A stretch of 64,000 bases of DNA from Weeksellaceae bacterium (GTDB lineage Bacteria; Bacteroidota; Bacteroidia; Flavobacteriales; Weeksellaceae). Every line of letters begins with the position of its first letter. The stretch's first letter is position 1. A model generated the notes under the pieces. That model searched no databases. It was not told the DNA's origin and saw only the letters and a list, made by a program, of their open reading frames with translations. The stretch is from contig JBAYRQ010000004.1 of NCBI GenBank assembly GCA_041676545.1, positions 39,886 through 103,885 of the forward strand, written 5' to 3'. Below, one piece after another: positions 48,630 to 59,925 of this stretch. The translations under genes were made by a program, and so were the position numbers.

Positions 48630-50093
48630 TTATCTTACTATCAATTTCTGAGTGGATTTTGAGTTCACTGTTTCAAATTCAACCAAGTATACTCCTTGCG
48701 CAACGTTAATCTGAATTTGATTGATTCCTTTTAGATTCCCTTGAGATTGAATTAATTTCCCATTCAACTCATAGATTTTTAAACTTCCTTTTTCTTCAGA
48801 TTCAACAAAGAAAGAATTCTTCGCTGGATTTGGATAGATTTTGAATGCATTTTTGTTTAAATCTAGAGTGGACATAATTACACCACATTCAAATGGATCA
48901 AAGGAAACTTCTCCCAAAGTAGGATCGTCTTCTTTGTGGAAAATGACCGCTTCCACTTGTTCGTACATAGATTCTTGATCTTCAATCCAACAGTTGTGAA
49001 GTGCGCTCACTGGATTGGGTGTATTGTTGTAAAGTGCGAATATTTCCCCGTCATTTCCATTTTCGCTGAAAACATTTTGTCCCGGATTGAAATTATCAGG
49101 ATCGTCGTTACCTAAATTAATTAACGCAGTTCCTTGCAAAGTGATTCCCCAAAGATTTCTACGAATCTGGTTGTTGGTTACTACAATTTCATTTGTGCTA
49201 AATAGATTGATTCCACTTCCGCCCAGCATGGGGTCGCCTTCGGTATCGTTGTCTTCAATGATGTTGTCAGAAATAATTCCAAATGAATTTCCCATTGACG
49301 TAATTCCATATCGGTTATCTCTCACTACATTTCCTTTGATGAGAATTAAATTATCAACACCCATTAAACTCGAAGCAGAAATTCCACCTACTTTCGTTAG
49401 GCTTCGATCTCCAATAACCAAATTATTGATAATTCGAATGGTGTCTGACGGTCCACTGGGTCCCATATTGATTTGAGGAGCATTTCCATTGGCTTGATGG
49501 TTTCCTTCGAAATAATTTCCTTCAATCCATGCTGAAACCGAAGCATTTGCTGGAGAACTTAGCGCTGCTTTTTGATTGTTTTCAAAAATTGAGAACATAA
49601 CCTTGGGACTTCCTTTTGAAAAGGAGATTGCGCCGCCAGTCGATGATCCGCTGCTGTTGTTTGAAACTTCACTGTTGTACATTTCAAAGTTGGCAGTGAC
49701 AACTTTTAAACCGCCTCCGTATTCGATCAAGGTATTGTTGAAATAAACCTCAGATTCGTCGTAAAACCAAAATCCTTTGTAAGGATTGGCAGGATCAATC
49801 GCTGTGATGGTAATATCCATTCCATCACTTTTGAAAAATCCTTTTACACCGACTTCTTTTCCAGCAGCGATTTTTAAAGTTTGAATTTCGATAATCGAAA
49901 GTGAATCGTTCTCTTCGATCATCAAATCTTCGTGCAATGTATATTCATTTCCAGAAACGGTTACTGTGGTGGGTGAATGGTAGGCAATGGAGTCCAATGT
50001 CCAGTTTACACCGGTATTTGGAGTTGAGAATTGCGCTTTTAAATTCGTAAAAATAAAGACTAATAATAGGCTAAATAAGAAACGTGTTTTCAT
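48630..50093 (-). CDS. Right-handed beta-helix protein with T9SS type A CTD
   Basis: Asn/Gly-rich beta-helix repeats (IxNNxIxxN); KIYPNPAKNS...GVYLV...KLIVR CTD. Confidence 0.85.
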   Translation of the reverse strand: MKTRFLFSLLLVFIFTNLKAQFSTPNTGVNWTLDSIAYHSPTTVTVSGNEYTLHEDLMIEENDSLSIIEIQTLKIAAGKEVGVKGFFKSDGMDITITAIDPANPYKGFWFYDESEVYFNNTLIEYGGGLKVVTANFEMYNSEVSNNSSGSSTGGAISFSKGSPKVMFSIFENNQKAALSSPANASVSAWIEGNYFEGNHQANGNAPQINMGPSGPSDTIRIINNLVIGDRSLTKVGGISASSLMGVDNLILIKGNVVRDNRYGITSMGNSFGIISDNIIEDNDTEGDPMLGGSGINLFSTNEIVVTNNQIRRNLWGITLQGTALINLGNDDPDNFNPGQNVFSENGNDGEIFALYNNTPNPVSALHNCWIEDQESMYEQVEAVIFHKEDDPTLGEVSFDPFECGVIMSTLDLNKNAFKIYPNPAKNSFFVESEEKGSLKIYELNGKLIQSQGNLKGINQIQINVAQGVYLVEFETVNSKSTQKLIVR

Positions 50094-50196
50094 AATTTTT
50101 TATATAGTGTTAAAACATTCGCAAGTTAAAATAAATTAGCGAACTTTGTTTTGTGAAAGCGATTGAAGCTTCATATAGGAATTAAATTTTAAGAAA

Positions 50197-50604
50197 ATGC
50201 TTACGAAAAAGACGAAATATGGATTGAAGGCAATGACTTATTTGGCAACCCATCAAATAGGCCAGCCGATTTTAATTTCTGTCATTGCAAAAGAAGAGAA
50301 AATTCCCGTAAAATTTTTGGAGGGAATTTTATTGAGTTTAAAGAAAAGTGGTTTACTCGAATCGAAGAAGGGAAAGGGTGGGGGCTATTTCCTAAACAAA
50401 GACCCTAAAACCATCACCGTCGCAACAATTATTAGAACATTGGAAGGACCGATTGCACTTTTACCTTGTGTAAGTTTGAATTATTATCAAAAATGTGATG
50501 ATTGTGTAGACGAGGAATTCTGTTCCTTGAACCGTGTTATGATTCAGGTACGTGATCAGACTTTAAACGTGCTTGAGAATCAATACCTTTCCGATCTTAT
50601 TTAG
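50197..50604 (+). CDS. Rrf2-family transcriptional regulator (CymR/IscR-like)
   Basis: KTKYGLKA, FLEGIL, SKKGKGGGY and LEGPIALLPC motifs; Cys cluster. Confidence 0.93.
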   Translation: MLTKKTKYGLKAMTYLATHQIGQPILISVIAKEEKIPVKFLEGILLSLKKSGLLESKKGKGGGYFLNKDPKTITVATIIRTLEGPIALLPCVSLNYYQKCDDCVDEEFCSLNRVMIQVRDQTLNVLENQYLSDLI

Positions 50605-50745
50605 AATGAATACATTTAAGCTTGAATAGTACACTAGTTTGGTAGACTTTTATATATTTGCAATGTGTTTAAGTATCAAACTATACTCTATAGTTAAAAA
50701 AAATATAGTCTTTTTATAAGATTATTTGTGTGTTAGTTATTTATG

Positions 50746-50782
50746 CCTCATAGTGAAACTCTCTACTGTGAGGTTTTTTTTT
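50746..50782 (+). terminator. Intrinsic terminator between rrf2 and recN
   Basis: CCTCATAG / CTGTGAGG stem followed by 9 T. Confidence 0.75.
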
Positions 50783-50791
50783 GGAATAAAC

Positions 50792-52447
50792 TTACGCTTT
50801 GAGTAATTCTTTAGCTTGTTCCAATGCAGAGTCGGTAATATTGGATCCGCTGAGTAATTCCGCAATTTCTCGGATTTGCTCTTCCGAAGATAATTCACGT
50901 ACATCGGTTAATGTTTTTCCATCGCTGATTCTTTTTCGAACCTTCAAGTGTTTATCAGCTTTTGAAGCAACTTGTGGAAGGTGGGTGATGGTAATGAGTT
51001 GCAAATGCTTTGCCATCTCCTTCATCATGTTTCCGACTTCATTTGCGACCTTTCCAGAAACGCCGGTGTCAATCTCATCCAAAATTAAAGTGGGGAGTTC
51101 TAATCGGCCCGTAAGGCTTTTCTTTACTGCGAACATCAATCGTGAACGTTCACCACCTGAAATGGTTTTACCTATGGGTTTGGGTGTGGATCCTTGGTTG
51201 GCACTGAATAAAAACGAAATTTCATCCATTCCGTTGGATGTGAATTTTGAGGTGGTTTGAAAAGCGATTTTTAGCTGCGAATTTTCCATTCCTAATTCAG
51301 AAAGTGAATCCAAAATTTCTTTTTCAATTTTTGGAATTGCTTTTTTCCGGGAAGAAGAAATTTTTTCAGCTTCTATTTTCAACTCTTTTTCAATCGCTGC
51401 AATTTTAGTTTCCAAGTCTGAAACTTGAATTTCCAATTGATCAAAATCGGATTTGTCGTTTTCAAGGTCTTTTTCCAATTGAATCAATTCTTCAATGGAT
51501 TTTAAACGATGTTTATTTAACAACAAATGAATCAAATCAATGCGTTCATTCACTTCCATCAAACGTTCAGGACTCGCTTCCAATCCTTCGCTTTTTGCTG
51601 CAATTTCTTTTTGAATATCATCCAATTCTAGACTTACTGAATGAATTCGTTGGCTGAATTCTGAAAGATCTTCACCAAACTCAGAAATTTTATCCAATTG
51701 GGTATTGATTTCATTCATTTGAGTCAGAATTCCGAATTCAGGAGTTTCCAATTTGGAACGAATTTCATTCAAAATCCATTGGATTTCATCAATATGTTCC
51801 AATTCCTTTTGTTCTTGCTCCAATTCTTTCCATTCATCGGCTTTCAATTTCGCGGTTTTCAATTCGTCCAAAAGAAAATCCTTATAATCGGATTCCCTTG
51901 AAAGTTCCGCTATCCGATCTTTAAGAGCTTCCAATTCCAATCGTTTTTGACTTCGTTTTGAAAACAGGGTTTGATATTTCCGAACCAAAGGAAGCTGGCC
52001 TGCATGGGCATCTAGAATCTGCATTTGATAACTTTGCTCAAGCAATTCAGACGTATTGAACTGGGAATGAATATCGATTAATTGCTCACCCAATTCTTGT
52101 AAAACCGTTAATGTAACGGGTGTATCGTTAATAAATGCTCTGGATTTTCCGCTGGGTAAAAGTTCTCTTCGGAGAATGGAATCTTCGTCAAAATCGAGTT
52201 CATTTTCTTCGAAAAAAGAAGTTAAATTTAATTTAGAAATGTTGAAATTAGCTTCGATGATGCATTTTTTGGTTTCATCATTGAGCTGTTTCATATCGGC
52301 ACGTTCACCAATAATTAAACGCAACGCGCCCAATAAAATCGATTTACCTGCACCGGTTTCTCCGGTGATGATAGTCAGACCTTTGTTAAACTGAATGTCC
52401 AGTTCGTCAATGATGGCAAAATTGGATACCGAAAGTCGGGTTAACAT
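50792..52447 (-). CDS. recN: DNA repair protein RecN
   Basis: TGETGAGKS, ISGGERSR and LDEIDTGVSG motifs; long coiled coil. Confidence 0.96.
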   Translation of the reverse strand: MLTRLSVSNFAIIDELDIQFNKGLTIITGETGAGKSILLGALRLIIGERADMKQLNDETKKCIIEANFNISKLNLTSFFEENELDFDEDSILRRELLPSGKSRAFINDTPVTLTVLQELGEQLIDIHSQFNTSELLEQSYQMQILDAHAGQLPLVRKYQTLFSKRSQKRLELEALKDRIAELSRESDYKDFLLDELKTAKLKADEWKELEQEQKELEHIDEIQWILNEIRSKLETPEFGILTQMNEINTQLDKISEFGEDLSEFSQRIHSVSLELDDIQKEIAAKSEGLEASPERLMEVNERIDLIHLLLNKHRLKSIEELIQLEKDLENDKSDFDQLEIQVSDLETKIAAIEKELKIEAEKISSSRKKAIPKIEKEILDSLSELGMENSQLKIAFQTTSKFTSNGMDEISFLFSANQGSTPKPIGKTISGGERSRLMFAVKKSLTGRLELPTLILDEIDTGVSGKVANEVGNMMKEMAKHLQLITITHLPQVASKADKHLKVRKRISDGKTLTDVRELSSEEQIREIAELLSGSNITDSALEQAKELLKA

Positions 52448-53349
52448 TATTTCTTCATATTATTCCAGATAGAACTATTGGTTGGCGAAAGGGAACTCAG
52501 GGTTTCTTTCAGGCCCACAATATTCACAGAAGACATCATTCCTCCATTAAATATTTTCCCGATTTCATCTTTTTTCGCCATAAAGAAAATGTCCAAAGGA
52601 TAGAACAAACCGTAATTTCCTTTTTCATAGAATTTCAGTGTTTCCAAGGTGTTTCCAATGGCATTTTTTGCTCTGGTTTCGTTGTCGCTCATCGCGTCGA
52701 GACCCACTCTGTGGTATTGATAATAGATGTTTCGTAAGGTTTTGTTGTTTGCTTTCAACACATTGTTGATTAAACTACCTCTTGATTTATTTCCGTCCAT
52801 TTCGCTCCATCCACCGAATTTTGTTCCTACGGCATTGTTCGCGATTTGCTGACTGATTTTAAAATACGGAGTTCCTCCTTCCAACTGGAATGTATCTGCA
52901 TCCATTCCTAAAACATAATAGACATAGAAAGCAACCACATCCGTTAAATTCTTGTTGCTAAATTTTCGTGGATTGAAGATAAGCTCTTCGTTTTCAGTAT
53001 ACTCAAAATCAAATTTGGTGTCGACAAAATTTAAAACGGGTGTATAGTAATTGGAATTAAAAACCGGTCTTCTCGATTGAATTTGAAGACGTGCATTGAA
53101 ATTATTTCCATTTCTAGACGTAATAATAATCAGAAAATTCGACTCGATTTTCTCATACACTTTGTATCGGTTTTCCGTCCACTTGGTTGTATTGATAAAA
53201 TCGCTCAACGATCTTTCTAAGGTTTGATACACCTGATTATTCGAAGTTTGAACTTGGGAATAATCTACAGTTACCGTTGCCAAAAACTCCTGGGCATTGA
53301 TAGTTGCTGAGACCAACAAACAAACGAAAAAGGCTTTCAATTGATTCAT
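52447..53349 (-). CDS. DUF4835-family protein (T9SS-associated, PorD-like)
   Basis: Signal peptide, AFYVYYVLGMDADTF motif and conserved position between coaBC and recN. Confidence 0.8.
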   Translation of the reverse strand: MNQLKAFFVCLLVSATINAQEFLATVTVDYSQVQTSNNQVYQTLERSLSDFINTTKWTENRYKVYEKIESNFLIIITSRNGNNFNARLQIQSRRPVFNSNYYTPVLNFVDTKFDFEYTENEELIFNPRKFSNKNLTDVVAFYVYYVLGMDADTFQLEGGTPYFKISQQIANNAVGTKFGGWSEMDGNKSRGSLINNVLKANNKTLRNIYYQYHRVGLDAMSDNETRAKNAIGNTLETLKFYEKGNYGLFYPLDIFFMAKKDEIGKIFNGGMMSSVNIVGLKETLSSLSPTNSSIWNNMKK

Positions 53350-54548
53350 ATATCGTAATTTTCAAGTATAAAGTTAAGAATATCTTTTGCAACTTCGGAT
53401 TTATTTTTGGCTTTGTAATGGACAATCTCTGCTTTTTCAGAAATTATCGACACCTTATTTGTATCTTTTTGAAAGCCAGCCTCACTGTCTTGCAACGAAT
53501 TGAGGACGATTAAATCCAAGTTTTTCTTTTCTAATTTTTCTTTTGCAAACGCTATTTCATTGGTGGTTTCTAAGGCAAATCCAACCAAAATTTGATGGGT
53601 TTTCCGTTCGCCCAATCCTTTTAGTATATCCGGATTTTTAACCAATTCAATGTGTAGATTTTCGTCTGATTTTTTAATTTTCTGTTCGGCTTTATTTAAC
53701 GGACGATAATCTGCCACGGCAGCCGACATGATGACTACATCCGCACTTTCGTAGGCGTCATCCATTGCTTTTTTCATTTCCTCTGCCGAAACAACATTGA
53801 TTCGGTTGATGGAATAGTTTTCAGTAGAAATCGAAGAAGGACCACAGACCAAAGTGACATCCGCACCCATTCCCAAAGCGGCTTTTGCGATTTCAATTCC
53901 CATTTTTCCGGAAGAGAAATTACCAATAAAACGTACGGGATCAATTTTTTCATACGTAGGACCTGCAGAAACGAGTATTTTCTTTCCATACAATGGCGCA
54001 CTTCGAAGCAAATGACTTTCTAAAAAAGCGATTATATTTTCCGGCTCAGCCATTCTTCCCTCGCCGCTCAATCCACTTGCGAGTTCACCACTTTCTGCTG
54101 GAATAATATGATTTCCAAAACTTTTGAGTTTATCTAAATTCGCTTTGGTCGTTGGATGAAGATACATATCCAAATCCATTGCTGGCGCAATATAAATCGG
54201 ACATTTTGCCGATAGATACGTTGCCAAAACTAAATTGTCAGAAGCACCATCCGCCATTTTGGAGAGTGTATTAGCAGTGGTAGGAGCAAAGACCATAAAA
54301 TCGGCCCAAAGACCTAAATCTACATGGTTGTTCCAGTTTTCAGCTTCATCGGTAAATTGCCAATGAACAGGATTTTTGGATAAGGTGGAAAGCGTAAGAG
54401 GAGTAATAAAATCAAGGGCTTCGGGTGTAAGTATTACTTTCACATCTGCACCTTGTTTTATAAATAAACGAACCAGAAAAGTAGCTTTATACGCAGCAAT
54501 TCCAGCCGTAATTGCCAACAAAACTTTTTTCCGGTTCAGAATCGACAT
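53346..54548 (-). CDS. coaBC: Bifunctional PPC decarboxylase / PPC synthetase
   Basis: [45 protein letters not shown] and AAVADY motifs; start set to the ATG at 54548. Confidence 0.96.
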   Translation of the reverse strand: MSILNRKKVLLAITAGIAAYKATFLVRLFIKQGADVKVILTPEALDFITPLTLSTLSKNPVHWQFTDEAENWNNHVDLGLWADFMVFAPTTANTLSKMADGASDNLVLATYLSAKCPIYIAPAMDLDMYLHPTTKANLDKLKSFGNHIIPAESGELASGLSGEGRMAEPENIIAFLESHLLRSAPLYGKKILVSAGPTYEKIDPVRFIGNFSSGKMGIEIAKAALGMGADVTLVCGPSSISTENYSINRINVVSAEEMKKAMDDAYESADVVIMSAAVADYRPLNKAEQKIKKSDENLHIELVKNPDILKGLGERKTHQILVGFALETTNEIAFAKEKLEKKNLDLIVLNSLQDSEAGFQKDTNKVSIISEKAEIVHYKAKNKSEVAKDILNFILENYDI

Positions 54549-54559
54549 AAAATCAATTT

Positions 54560-54889
54560 TTATTTTTCTTCTTCTTCGTTTGGATTTCTGTGATAGATAT
54601 CGCCACTCAACCACTCTGTAATCGCAATGGAAGTTGCTTTTGGAAGACGTTCGTAAAATTTAGAAACTTCGATCTGCTCACGGTTTTCAAATATTTCTTC
54701 CAAAGAATCTGTATTTGATGCAAATTCATCCAATTTCTGGATCAATTCCGTCTTCATTTCTTGATTGATTTGCTCTGCACGTTTTCCCATAATAACGATA
54801 GATTCGTACATGTTTCCTGTTGCTTCTTCAATTAGACTACGATTAAAAGTCTTGGTGGTAAGAGGTGCGTCAATTTCTTTGAAGTTCAT
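54560..54889 (-). CDS. rpoZ: RNA polymerase omega subunit (Bacteroidota type)
   Basis: TGNMYESIVIMGKRAEQIN...EQIEVSKFYERLPK; conserved position between bamD and coaBC. Confidence 0.88.
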   Translation of the reverse strand: MNFKEIDAPLTTKTFNRSLIEEATGNMYESIVIMGKRAEQINQEMKTELIQKLDEFASNTDSLEEIFENREQIEVSKFYERLPKATSIAITEWLSGDIYHRNPNEEEEK

Positions 54890-54909
54890 AGTATATGTTT
54901 TTACTTTAT

Positions 54910-55785
54910 TTAATTTAATTTCGAAGCTTCTTTTTCTGCTTCTTCTTTTGCTACTTTTTTCTCATTTTCAATTTTTGCTACCAAGGTTCTGTGTTTTTCT
55001 AAATCTTCCAATACTTTTTGGTTGATTTTTGTTGCTTCACTTAAAAACTTGGATTCCGGATATGCCTTTGCAAATAATCGGTATTCGGTCAAAGCGTTTT
55101 GTAATCGAAGTTCTTTTGTATCAAATCGGCTATAATTCACGGCCAACTCATACTTTGAACGCAAGGAATACATCATCGCTTCTTCCCGGTATTTGGTGTC
55201 TGGAAAATCATCCAACATATTGTCAAATGCAATTCCAGCTGCCTTATATTTAATGGTTTTGTAATAGATTTTAGCTATTTCAAACGCTTTTCTTTCTAAT
55301 TTCTGTCTTAATTCATCAATATACGCATTTGCTTCCGTAACATGGGTAGAATTCGGATAAGCATTGATAAAAGATTGCAATTCATCAATGGCATTATACG
55401 TACTGGTTTGATCTAAATTGTATTCCGGTGAGTCGGTATAAAACGAATATGCGGATTGAAAAGCGGCATCTTCTGCTCTTGGATCCGTTGGATTGGTTAG
55501 ATAAAAGGTTTTGAATTGATGGGCTGCCAATCGGAAATTCTTATCGTTGAAATTCGCAGTGGCTTGTTTGAATGCAATGTCTGCACTTTGTTCTGTTCCT
55601 GAAAAGGCAACCGTAATTTTGGAATACAATTCGAGTGCATTCGTCCATTTTCCTTGATTGTAAAATTCATCGGCTGTTTCTAAAATGAAGTCCTTGTCGG
55701 TACTCTTTAGTGCTCTTTCCATTTGTTTATTACAAGACACAAAAACACTTGCCATAAACAATACTACTAACGCTTTTTTAACCAT
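54910..55785 (-). CDS. bamD: Outer membrane protein assembly factor BamD
   Basis: Lipobox VSC, TPR repeats, LDQTST..AIDELQSFIN.YP.S; TACCTTTG -7 element at 55797-55790. Confidence 0.92.
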   Translation of the reverse strand: MVKKALVVLFMASVFVSCNKQMERALKSTDKDFILETADEFYNQGKWTNALELYSKITVAFSGTEQSADIAFKQATANFNDKNFRLAAHQFKTFYLTNPTDPRAEDAAFQSAYSFYTDSPEYNLDQTSTYNAIDELQSFINAYPNSTHVTEANAYIDELRQKLERKAFEIAKIYYKTIKYKAAGIAFDNMLDDFPDTKYREEAMMYSLRSKYELAVNYSRFDTKELRLQNALTEYRLFAKAYPESKFLSEATKINQKVLEDLEKHRTLVAKIENEKKVAKEEAEKEASKLN

Positions 55786-55904
55786 TCTGCAAAGGTATTA
55801 AAAATTTAACACAAACCTAAGGTATTTATAGGTTGTGAAATGTTAACATTTTACAAATTATGAGAGTTTCTCGTTGTTTAATTATTTTTTTGATAATCAG
55901 TAGA

Positions 55905-56783
55905 TTAACTTAAATTATCTAAATAGACTTTAATTTTTAGGGATAAGTCTTCACTGGCGGGTACCAAAGGTAGTCGAGTATAATCTTCACAAATTCCTTT
56001 ATGCGCAAGTAAAGATTTGATTCCACATGGGTTTCCTTCGTCGTAAATAGCACGGGTGATGTCCATCAATAGGTAATGCAATTGGTAGGCTTCATCCACT
56101 TTTCGATCCAATCCCAAACGAATCATTTTCGGATAGAATGTAGGAAGTCCTTGAGCAACAACAGAAATTACACCACTTCCGCCTGCCAAAGTCATCGGCA
56201 ATCCAAATTCATCATCCCCCGAAATTACCATAAAATCAGATGGCATCTCTTTAAAAATCTCTGTACTTTGAACGAAATTGGGAGAAGCTTCTTTGATCGC
56301 AATGATATTTTGAAAGTCTTCAGCAAGACGAATCGTCGTTTCTGATTGGATGTTGGAACCTGTTCTTCCCGGAACGTTGTAAAGAATAATATTTGCGTCC
56401 GTGGTTTCGGCTAAGGCTTTGTAATGTTGATAAATTCCTTCTTGGTTTGGCTTGTTGTATGCAGGAGAAGCGGATAAAATAGCCGTGAAGTCTTGAAGAT
56501 CTGCATTTTTAAATTCAGTTTTCACGACTTCAGTATTGTTTCCACCAATTCCTAAAACCATAGGTAATCTTCCGGAATTAGCTGATTTAATGGTTGAAAC
56601 GATTTCCGATTTCTCTTTTTCTGAAAGGGTAGGAGTCTCTGCCGTAGTTCCCAAACAAACCAAATAATCTACACCGCCTTCTATGGTGTAGTTCACTAAT
56701 TTTTCCAAAGCCGCATAATCCACACTTCGGTCCTCTTTAAAAGGTGTAATCAGCGCAATTCCAGTTCCTCTTAGCTCTTTCAT
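55905..56783 (-). CDS. dapA: 4-hydroxy-tetrahydrodipicolinate synthase
   Basis: ALITPF, GTTAE, PAYNKP, LYNVPGRTG and IKEA motifs. Confidence 0.96.
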   Translation of the reverse strand: MKELRGTGIALITPFKEDRSVDYAALEKLVNYTIEGGVDYLVCLGTTAETPTLSEKEKSEIVSTIKSANSGRLPMVLGIGGNNTEVVKTEFKNADLQDFTAILSASPAYNKPNQEGIYQHYKALAETTDANIILYNVPGRTGSNIQSETTIRLAEDFQNIIAIKEASPNFVQSTEIFKEMPSDFMVISGDDEFGLPMTLAGGSGVISVVAQGLPTFYPKMIRLGLDRKVDEAYQLHYLLMDITRAIYDEGNPCGIKSLLAHKGICEDYTRLPLVPASEDLSLKIKVYLDNLS

Positions 56784-56968
56784 TGATTTTTATGTTTAAT
56801 GATTTTTTGAATGAAACAAATTTAAGAACTTATACCATAGGGGCAAAATAAAGTTTGAAATACAGTAGGTAATAATTTCCGTAGAATTGGAACGGTTCTT
56901 TCTATCCTTTCTTCATCTAAATTTTTTATCGATGGAATCTAAAGGAATTCTATTAAATTTGTAATCGT

Positions 56969-58348
56969 ATGAAAGCAAAATATAACCTACTTTTTTTTGT
57001 GATTAATTTGTTGGTAAGCGGATCGTCCAATTCGTTGGCACAATTACGTTCGACTTATACTTTTCCGAAATTGGATTCCCATATCTCTATTCCTATTTCC
57101 ATTCCAATAAGTGAAATTCATTCTTTAATTAATAATTCAGTGCACGGTGTATTGTATCAAGATGATTCCTATACCGACAATAACAACGACCAGTTTAAAG
57201 TAAAGGTTACAAAGGACGGAGAAATTGAAATAAAACCTTTGAAAGGAAATCGACTTTTAATAAGTATTCCTTTGAATATCTGGACCGAACAAGGATATGG
57301 TGGTTTGGGCTATTATGTATATCAAGACGTTACATTTGGTGTGGTGATGCAGTTTATTACTTCGCTGGATTTTAAATCGAATTGGGTAATGGAAACAAAA
57401 ACCAAAGCACATGGTTTTGAATGGACGACCAAGCCGGTATTGGATTTCGGAAAAGTGAAAATTCCCATTGCATCAATTGTAGAATCGAGATTGACCGAAC
57501 AGCAACAAAAATTCACGGGAATCATTGATCAACAGATTAAAGAAAGTCTGGATTTGAAACCGTATTTACTTTCGGTATGGAATTATTTTAATACACCGAT
57601 AGAAATAGCACCTGATTACCAAACCTGGTTGAAATTAACACCTGAGTCAATTTATATGACGCCTCTTACCGTTTATTCGAATTATATAAAAGCAAGTGTC
57701 GGATTGGATTTGTATTCAGAAACTTTTGTGGGTCGGATTCCTCTTCCATCTCCTATGTCGATGACGATTCCGAATTTTCGTTTGAAAGAATCGTTACCGA
57801 CTGAATTTGAAATCAATACGACGGTCAATATTCCTTTTGCGCAGGCGACGGAAGTGGCACGAAAACAATTCAAAGACAAAACTTTTCCAATCAATGATAA
57901 AAACGAAGTTCTGGTAACAGACATCCGTGTGTATCCCGACAAACAATCCATCGTTATTGAAATTGATACGGAAGGAAAAATCAAGGGAACATCGACAATC
58001 AAAGGATTTCCTTACTACGACCCAGTTCAGAATAAAATTGCATTGACGGATATTGAATTTAAGTTGAAAACCGGAAATGTACTTCAGAAAACCTTGGTCT
58101 TTTTGTTCGAGAAAAAGATTCGCAAAATGATTGAAACCGAATATGGAATTCCATTGGGCGATATTGAAACGGCATCCAAACAAAGTTTAAATGAGAGTTT
58201 TAACCAAGAATATTACAAAGGAATATTCCTAAGCGGAAAAGTTTTGAACTTAAAACCGACCCAAGTATTCTTATTTGACGATTATATGCTAGTCTTGGTC
58301 AAAACAAAAGGACAATTGCAATTAAAAGTAAATGGACTCAGTTTTTAA
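56969..58348 (+). CDS. DUF4403-family protein
   Basis: ISIPISIP N-terminus and duplicated beta-rich domains; TAAATTTG -7 element at 56954-56961. Confidence 0.7.
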   Translation: MKAKYNLLFFVINLLVSGSSNSLAQLRSTYTFPKLDSHISIPISIPISEIHSLINNSVHGVLYQDDSYTDNNNDQFKVKVTKDGEIEIKPLKGNRLLISIPLNIWTEQGYGGLGYYVYQDVTFGVVMQFITSLDFKSNWVMETKTKAHGFEWTTKPVLDFGKVKIPIASIVESRLTEQQQKFTGIIDQQIKESLDLKPYLLSVWNYFNTPIEIAPDYQTWLKLTPESIYMTPLTVYSNYIKASVGLDLYSETFVGRIPLPSPMSMTIPNFRLKESLPTEFEINTTVNIPFAQATEVARKQFKDKTFPINDKNEVLVTDIRVYPDKQSIVIEIDTEGKIKGTSTIKGFPYYDPVQNKIALTDIEFKLKTGNVLQKTLVFLFEKKIRKMIETEYGIPLGDIETASKQSLNESFNQEYYKGIFLSGKVLNLKPTQVFLFDDYMLVLVKTKGQLQLKVNGLSF

Positions 58349-59884
58349 TTAAGCCATAGATTTTTGCTTTTTCTTACTGAACAACCATAAACCTACAAAA
58401 GTTAAAAGACCATTTAAAACAATTAACTCAACTCCAATTCTATAATCGGTATAATGAATGAAATACTCATTGATTAAAAACGTGATTACAGGAGCAATCA
58501 ACGCGATGCTAAGAATTGAAAACCGAATGTTTATCGTGCGTTTGGTTAAAATTCCAAAGGCAAACAATCCCAACAAAGGTCCGTAGGTATAACCTGCGAT
58601 GCTCATAATTAGATAGACAATCGATTTATCATTGATCCACTTGAATATCAAAATTAACAAGAAGAAAATGACTGTAAATGCCAAGTGAACTGTGATTCGG
58701 GTTTTCTTTTTCTGTTTTTCCGTCGTTTTCTCGTTGTCATTCATTTTCAATAAATCCACACAAAATGAACTGGTCAAAGAAGTCAAAGCACCATCTGCCG
58801 ATGGGAAAAGTGCGGAAATCAAACCGATGATAAAGATAACCGAAAGGAATATGGGGAAATATCCTTCAAGTGATAAGGCGGGGAAAATATCATCACCCAT
58901 GATGTTTATGATTTCGCCCGCTTCATTTTTAAACCCAAATACGCCATCGCCATATACCGCGCCGTTTTGCATGGCATACAAATAAAGCAATCCCCCTAAA
59001 AATAAAAACGCGAAATTCACAATCAATAAGATGGATGCGAAAGTCAACATATTCTTTTTGGAATTGTATAAATTATCAACACTGATATTTTTTTGCATCA
59101 TTTCTTGATCCAATCCAGTCATACCAATCGTTATAAACATTCCACCAATTACGGTTTTCAGAAAGAAAGTTGCTGAATTCGTATCGAAATTCATCAAGTG
59201 GGTGTAATTGTATTCTGAAATTTTAGAATATCCTTCTGAAACCGATAAATCCAACTGCGTTAGTACATATATAATACAAATAACCAAACTCAAAATCATG
59301 AAACTCGTTTGTAAAGTATCGGTGACGACAATCGTTTTCACACCGCCTTCGTAGGTATAGAGAACAATCATTATTAAAATAATCAAAGTCGTCAGCCAAA
59401 AAGGAATGCCAATTTGGTTGAGTAGAAATATTTGTAAAACATTGATAACTAAGAACAATCGTGCAGTGGCTCCAATGGCTCGGGATACAATGAAGAAAAT
59501 TGAACCCGTTTTGTGTGCTTCTACATTAAATCGCCTTCCCAAATAGGTGTAGATGGACGTTAAATTCATTTTGTAATAGAGTGGAAGGAGAACAAAGGCA
59601 ACAATAAAATAACCCAAGAAAAATCCGATGACCATCATGTAGTATTCAAATCCACCGTAGATGTATTCCGTTCCTGTCAGCTTTCCCACCGTTCCTGGCA
59701 CGGAAATGAAGGTAACGCCACTGAGGCTCGTTCCAATCATTCCAAAGGCTACCAACCACCACTTACTCTTCCGATTTCCAATAAAAAAAGATTGGTTGTC
59801 CGAATTTCTACTCGTTCGATTCGCAATGTATAATAATCCTATAAAATAGAGAATTACAAAGAAGAGAATAATGTTTGTGTTCAT
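58349..59884 (-). CDS. Sodium:solute symporter family protein
   Basis: GMIGTSLSGVTFISVPG, YTYEGGVK and GLDQEMMQK motifs. Confidence 0.92.
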   Translation of the reverse strand: MNTNIILFFVILYFIGLLYIANRTSRNSDNQSFFIGNRKSKWWLVAFGMIGTSLSGVTFISVPGTVGKLTGTEYIYGGFEYYMMVIGFFLGYFIVAFVLLPLYYKMNLTSIYTYLGRRFNVEAHKTGSIFFIVSRAIGATARLFLVINVLQIFLLNQIGIPFWLTTLIILIMIVLYTYEGGVKTIVVTDTLQTSFMILSLVICIIYVLTQLDLSVSEGYSKISEYNYTHLMNFDTNSATFFLKTVIGGMFITIGMTGLDQEMMQKNISVDNLYNSKKNMLTFASILLIVNFAFLFLGGLLYLYAMQNGAVYGDGVFGFKNEAGEIINIMGDDIFPALSLEGYFPIFLSVIFIIGLISALFPSADGALTSLTSSFCVDLLKMNDNEKTTEKQKKKTRITVHLAFTVIFFLLILIFKWINDKSIVYLIMSIAGYTYGPLLGLFAFGILTKRTINIRFSILSIALIAPVITFLINEYFIHYTDYRIGVELIVLNGLLTFVGLWLFSKKKQKSMA

Positions 59885-59925
59885 AATCCATTCAAATTTC
59901 GTTCAAAAATAGTATTTTTGGGCGA

